Position numbers and translations under genes: made by a program. The notes beneath the pieces are model-generated. The model saw only the letters and a list, made by a program, of their open reading frames with translations. It was not told the origin of the DNA and did not search any database. A stretch of 64,000 nucleotides of DNA from NCBI GenBank assembly GCA_963747475.1, contig CAVVFE010000007.1, forward strand, positions 23,963 through 87,962, written 5' to 3'. Source of the DNA: an uncultured Bacteriovoracaceae bacterium. GTDB lineage: Bacteria; Bdellovibrionota; Bacteriovoracia; Bacteriovoracales; Bacteriovoracaceae. This document shows positions 62,336 through 64,000 of this stretch, piece after piece (the stretch's first letter is position 1; each line of letters begins with the position of its first letter).

Positions 62336-63313
62336 ATGAAAGCGCGTCATATCTTACTGTCTTTATTTCTCCTATTAGTCGCAGCGTGCCAAGACGACAC
62401 GGTGACCATTGCCTATCAGGGAATGGCGAATCCATGGAAACACCTCATTAAAACCAAAGCTTTCGACGACATCAGCAAGGCCCCTATAGATTGGAAAAAA
62501 TTCAACTCAGGCGCGAAGATTATTAACGCCATGGCAAGCGGAGATGTCGACGTGGCGGTGCTAGGCTCCACTCCCCTGGCGAGCGCCCTTGGACAAGGCC
62601 TTCCTATCAAGGTCGTCTGGGTCATGGGGGTCATTGGTGAAAGCGAGGCGCTCGTGGCCAAAAAAGAAATACGCTCTCTGGAGGCGCTTAAAGGAAAAAA
62701 GGTGGCCACTCCCTTTGGCTCGACTTCCCATTACCATCTTCTTCTCGCTCTCAAAAACAAGGACATAGACCCCAATTCTGTCGAAATATTTAACCTCTCG
62801 CCCTCCGGCATTGTGAGCAGCTGGAAAACTGGGCAGATGGACGCCGCTTACGTATCGGCCCCGGCGCTAGAAGAAATAAAAAAAGACGGCAATGTTCTCA
62901 TCACCTCGGCGGACCTAGCTGAATCAGGCGACCCTACTTTTGACGCCATAGTGGCAAGAGAGGAGTTTGCCAAAAAGAACGGCGATTTCATTCAAAAACT
63001 GCTTGGCAAGATCAATCAACTCCACACTCGTTTGTCCAAAGAGAACTGGACTGTCGAGACACCAGAAGTTCAAAATATTTCTCAGCTCGTAGGCTCTTCT
63101 CCAAAGGACGTTATTACCTCTTTAAATGGCTACGAGTTTCCTCTCGCAAGCGAGCAGGCCTCAGAGAAATTGCTTGGAGGCGGCCTTTCAGAAGCGCTTT
63201 TAAAAACTAGCAAATTTCTAAAAGAGCAAGGCAAGATTCGCAAGGCGCAAGAAGATTATAGGAAGTTCTTAGACCCGAGCTTTGCTCAAAATATTTTAAA
63301 GAGCGAAAAATAA
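62336..63313 (+). CDS. tauA: Taurine ABC transporter substrate-binding protein
   Basis: Intact ORF with a lipoprotein-type signal (LLLVAAC). It is collinear by eye with E. coli TauA (VTIAYQ..DWKKFNSGAKIINAMASGDVDVAVLGSTPLA..SEALVAKK..GKKVATPFGSTSHY..). Confidence 0.8.
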   Translation: MKARHILLSLFLLLVAACQDDTVTIAYQGMANPWKHLIKTKAFDDISKAPIDWKKFNSGAKIINAMASGDVDVAVLGSTPLASALGQGLPIKVVWVMGVIGESEALVAKKEIRSLEALKGKKVATPFGSTSHYHLLLALKNKDIDPNSVEIFNLSPSGIVSSWKTGQMDAAYVSAPALEEIKKDGNVLITSADLAESGDPTFDAIVAREEFAKKNGDFIQKLLGKINQLHTRLSKENWTVETPEVQNISQLVGSSPKDVITSLNGYEFPLASEQASEKLLGGGLSEALLKTSKFLKEQGKIRKAQEDYRKFLDPSFAQNILKSEK

Positions 63314-64000
63314 TGTCCCTTTTAGAACTTGACTCTGTTGGACTTGAATATGATGACGGACAAGAATCATCAGTCATGGCCTTGGAGGACATTAATCTAA
63401 GGGTCGATCAGGGAGAATTTGTGGTCATTCTAGGAGCAAGCGGGTGTGGCAAAACCTCCCTTCTCAATATGATAGCCGGCTTTCTCTATCCGACGGACGG
63501 GAAGGCAAAAATCAACAATTCGCCCATCACGGGACCAGGGCCTGACCGTGGAGTGGTTTTTCAAAAAAACGCCCTGATGCCTTGGCTTAACGTGGAGGAC
63601 AATGTTGAGCTTGCCTTGAAGTTTGCGGGAATCGATAAAACGAGAAGAAAAGAAGTCTCAGAAAAGTGCCTCAATTGGGTCGGCCTGCAGGGATTTAAAA
63701 AGAGCTATATTTATCAGCTTTCAGGAGGCATGCAACAGAGAGTTGGCATAGCAAGGGCCCTTGCAAGCGAGCCCAAAATGCTCCTTCTCGATGAGCCATT
63801 AGGAGCATTAGACGCGATCACCAGGGAAGAAGTCCAAGAAGTTATTTTAGGAGTTTGGGAAAAAAGCCAAAAGACGATTCTCATGGTCACTCACAGCATT
63901 GAAGAAGCGCTCTTTATGGCGACAAGGCTTATTATAATGACGCCAAGGCCCGGCCGCATTTTTAAGACTTATGACCTTTCATTTTCGAAAGACTTTCTTT
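63313..64000 (+). CDS. tauB: Taurine/aliphatic sulfonate ABC transporter ATP-binding protein (3' end off-window)
   Basis: The ATG overlaps the tauA stop (TAATG). Motifs are Walker A GASGCGKTS, the signature LSGGMQQRVGIARAL and Walker B LLLDEP. It is not in the ORF track because no stop codon falls within the window. Confidence 0.85.
   Translation, partial: MSLLELDSVGLEYDDGQESSVMALEDINLRVDQGEFVVILGASGCGKTSLLNMIAGFLYPTDGKAKINNSPITGPGPDRGVVFQKNALMPWLNVEDNVELALKFAGIDKTRRKEVSEKCLNWVGLQGFKKSYIYQLSGGMQQRVGIARALASEPKMLLLDEPLGALDAITREEVQEVILGVWEKSQKTILMVTHSIEEALFMATRLIIMTPRPGRIFKTYDLSFSKDFL

Overview
Gene-dense chromosomal window with mid-40s % GC (judged by eye, not computed). I saw no rRNA, CRISPR array, transposase, integrase or obvious prophage. 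The gene content (listed next) suggests a Bdellovibrio-like/Oligoflexia-type predatory or related Gram-negative bacterium. That assignment is inference only. The backbone is a 12-gene flagellar export/regulation cluster on the minus strand (fliL-fliM-fliN-[AMIN-like]-fliO-fliP-fliQ-fliR-flhB-flhA-flhF-flhG-fliA, about 20.6-32.1 kb). Housekeeping genes flank it: CBS/cysteine synthase plus cystathionine gamma-lyase, feoAB, an M28 aminopeptidase, a SUV3-like helicase, HU, DsbA, an Ami amidase, SpoIID, uvrC, murJ, serA-like, purA, mtaB, tRNA-Lys and tRNA-Glu, and tauAB. Accessory or unknown content sits at 5.9-10.9 kb, 18-20.4 kb, 41.2-43.3 kb, 49-51.3 kb and 53.1-62.2 kb. A major caveat is that most conserved genes are split by frameshifts, often at homopolymer runs and sometimes several within 100 bp. 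Motifs on either side of each break stay intact, so I read this as indel error in the assembly rather than pseudogenisation. Spans below are therefore reconstructed genes, not single ORFs. The most interesting items are: (1) a secreted Gly/Met/Tyr/Pro low-complexity protein built on a 33-bp tandem repeat (41.2-43.3 kb); (2) an RLAN-RimK ATP-grasp ligase divergently paired with a GNAT-papain-like peptidase fusion, flanked by lipoproteins and a large atypical pilin-like protein (54.9-60.6 kb); (3) an FlhF whose GTPase motifs are degenerate in every reading frame; (4) a membrane-anchored acidic EP/T-repeat protein next to a translationally coupled DUF455 and ATP-grasp pair; (5) an orphan intrinsic terminator that suggests an sRNA.
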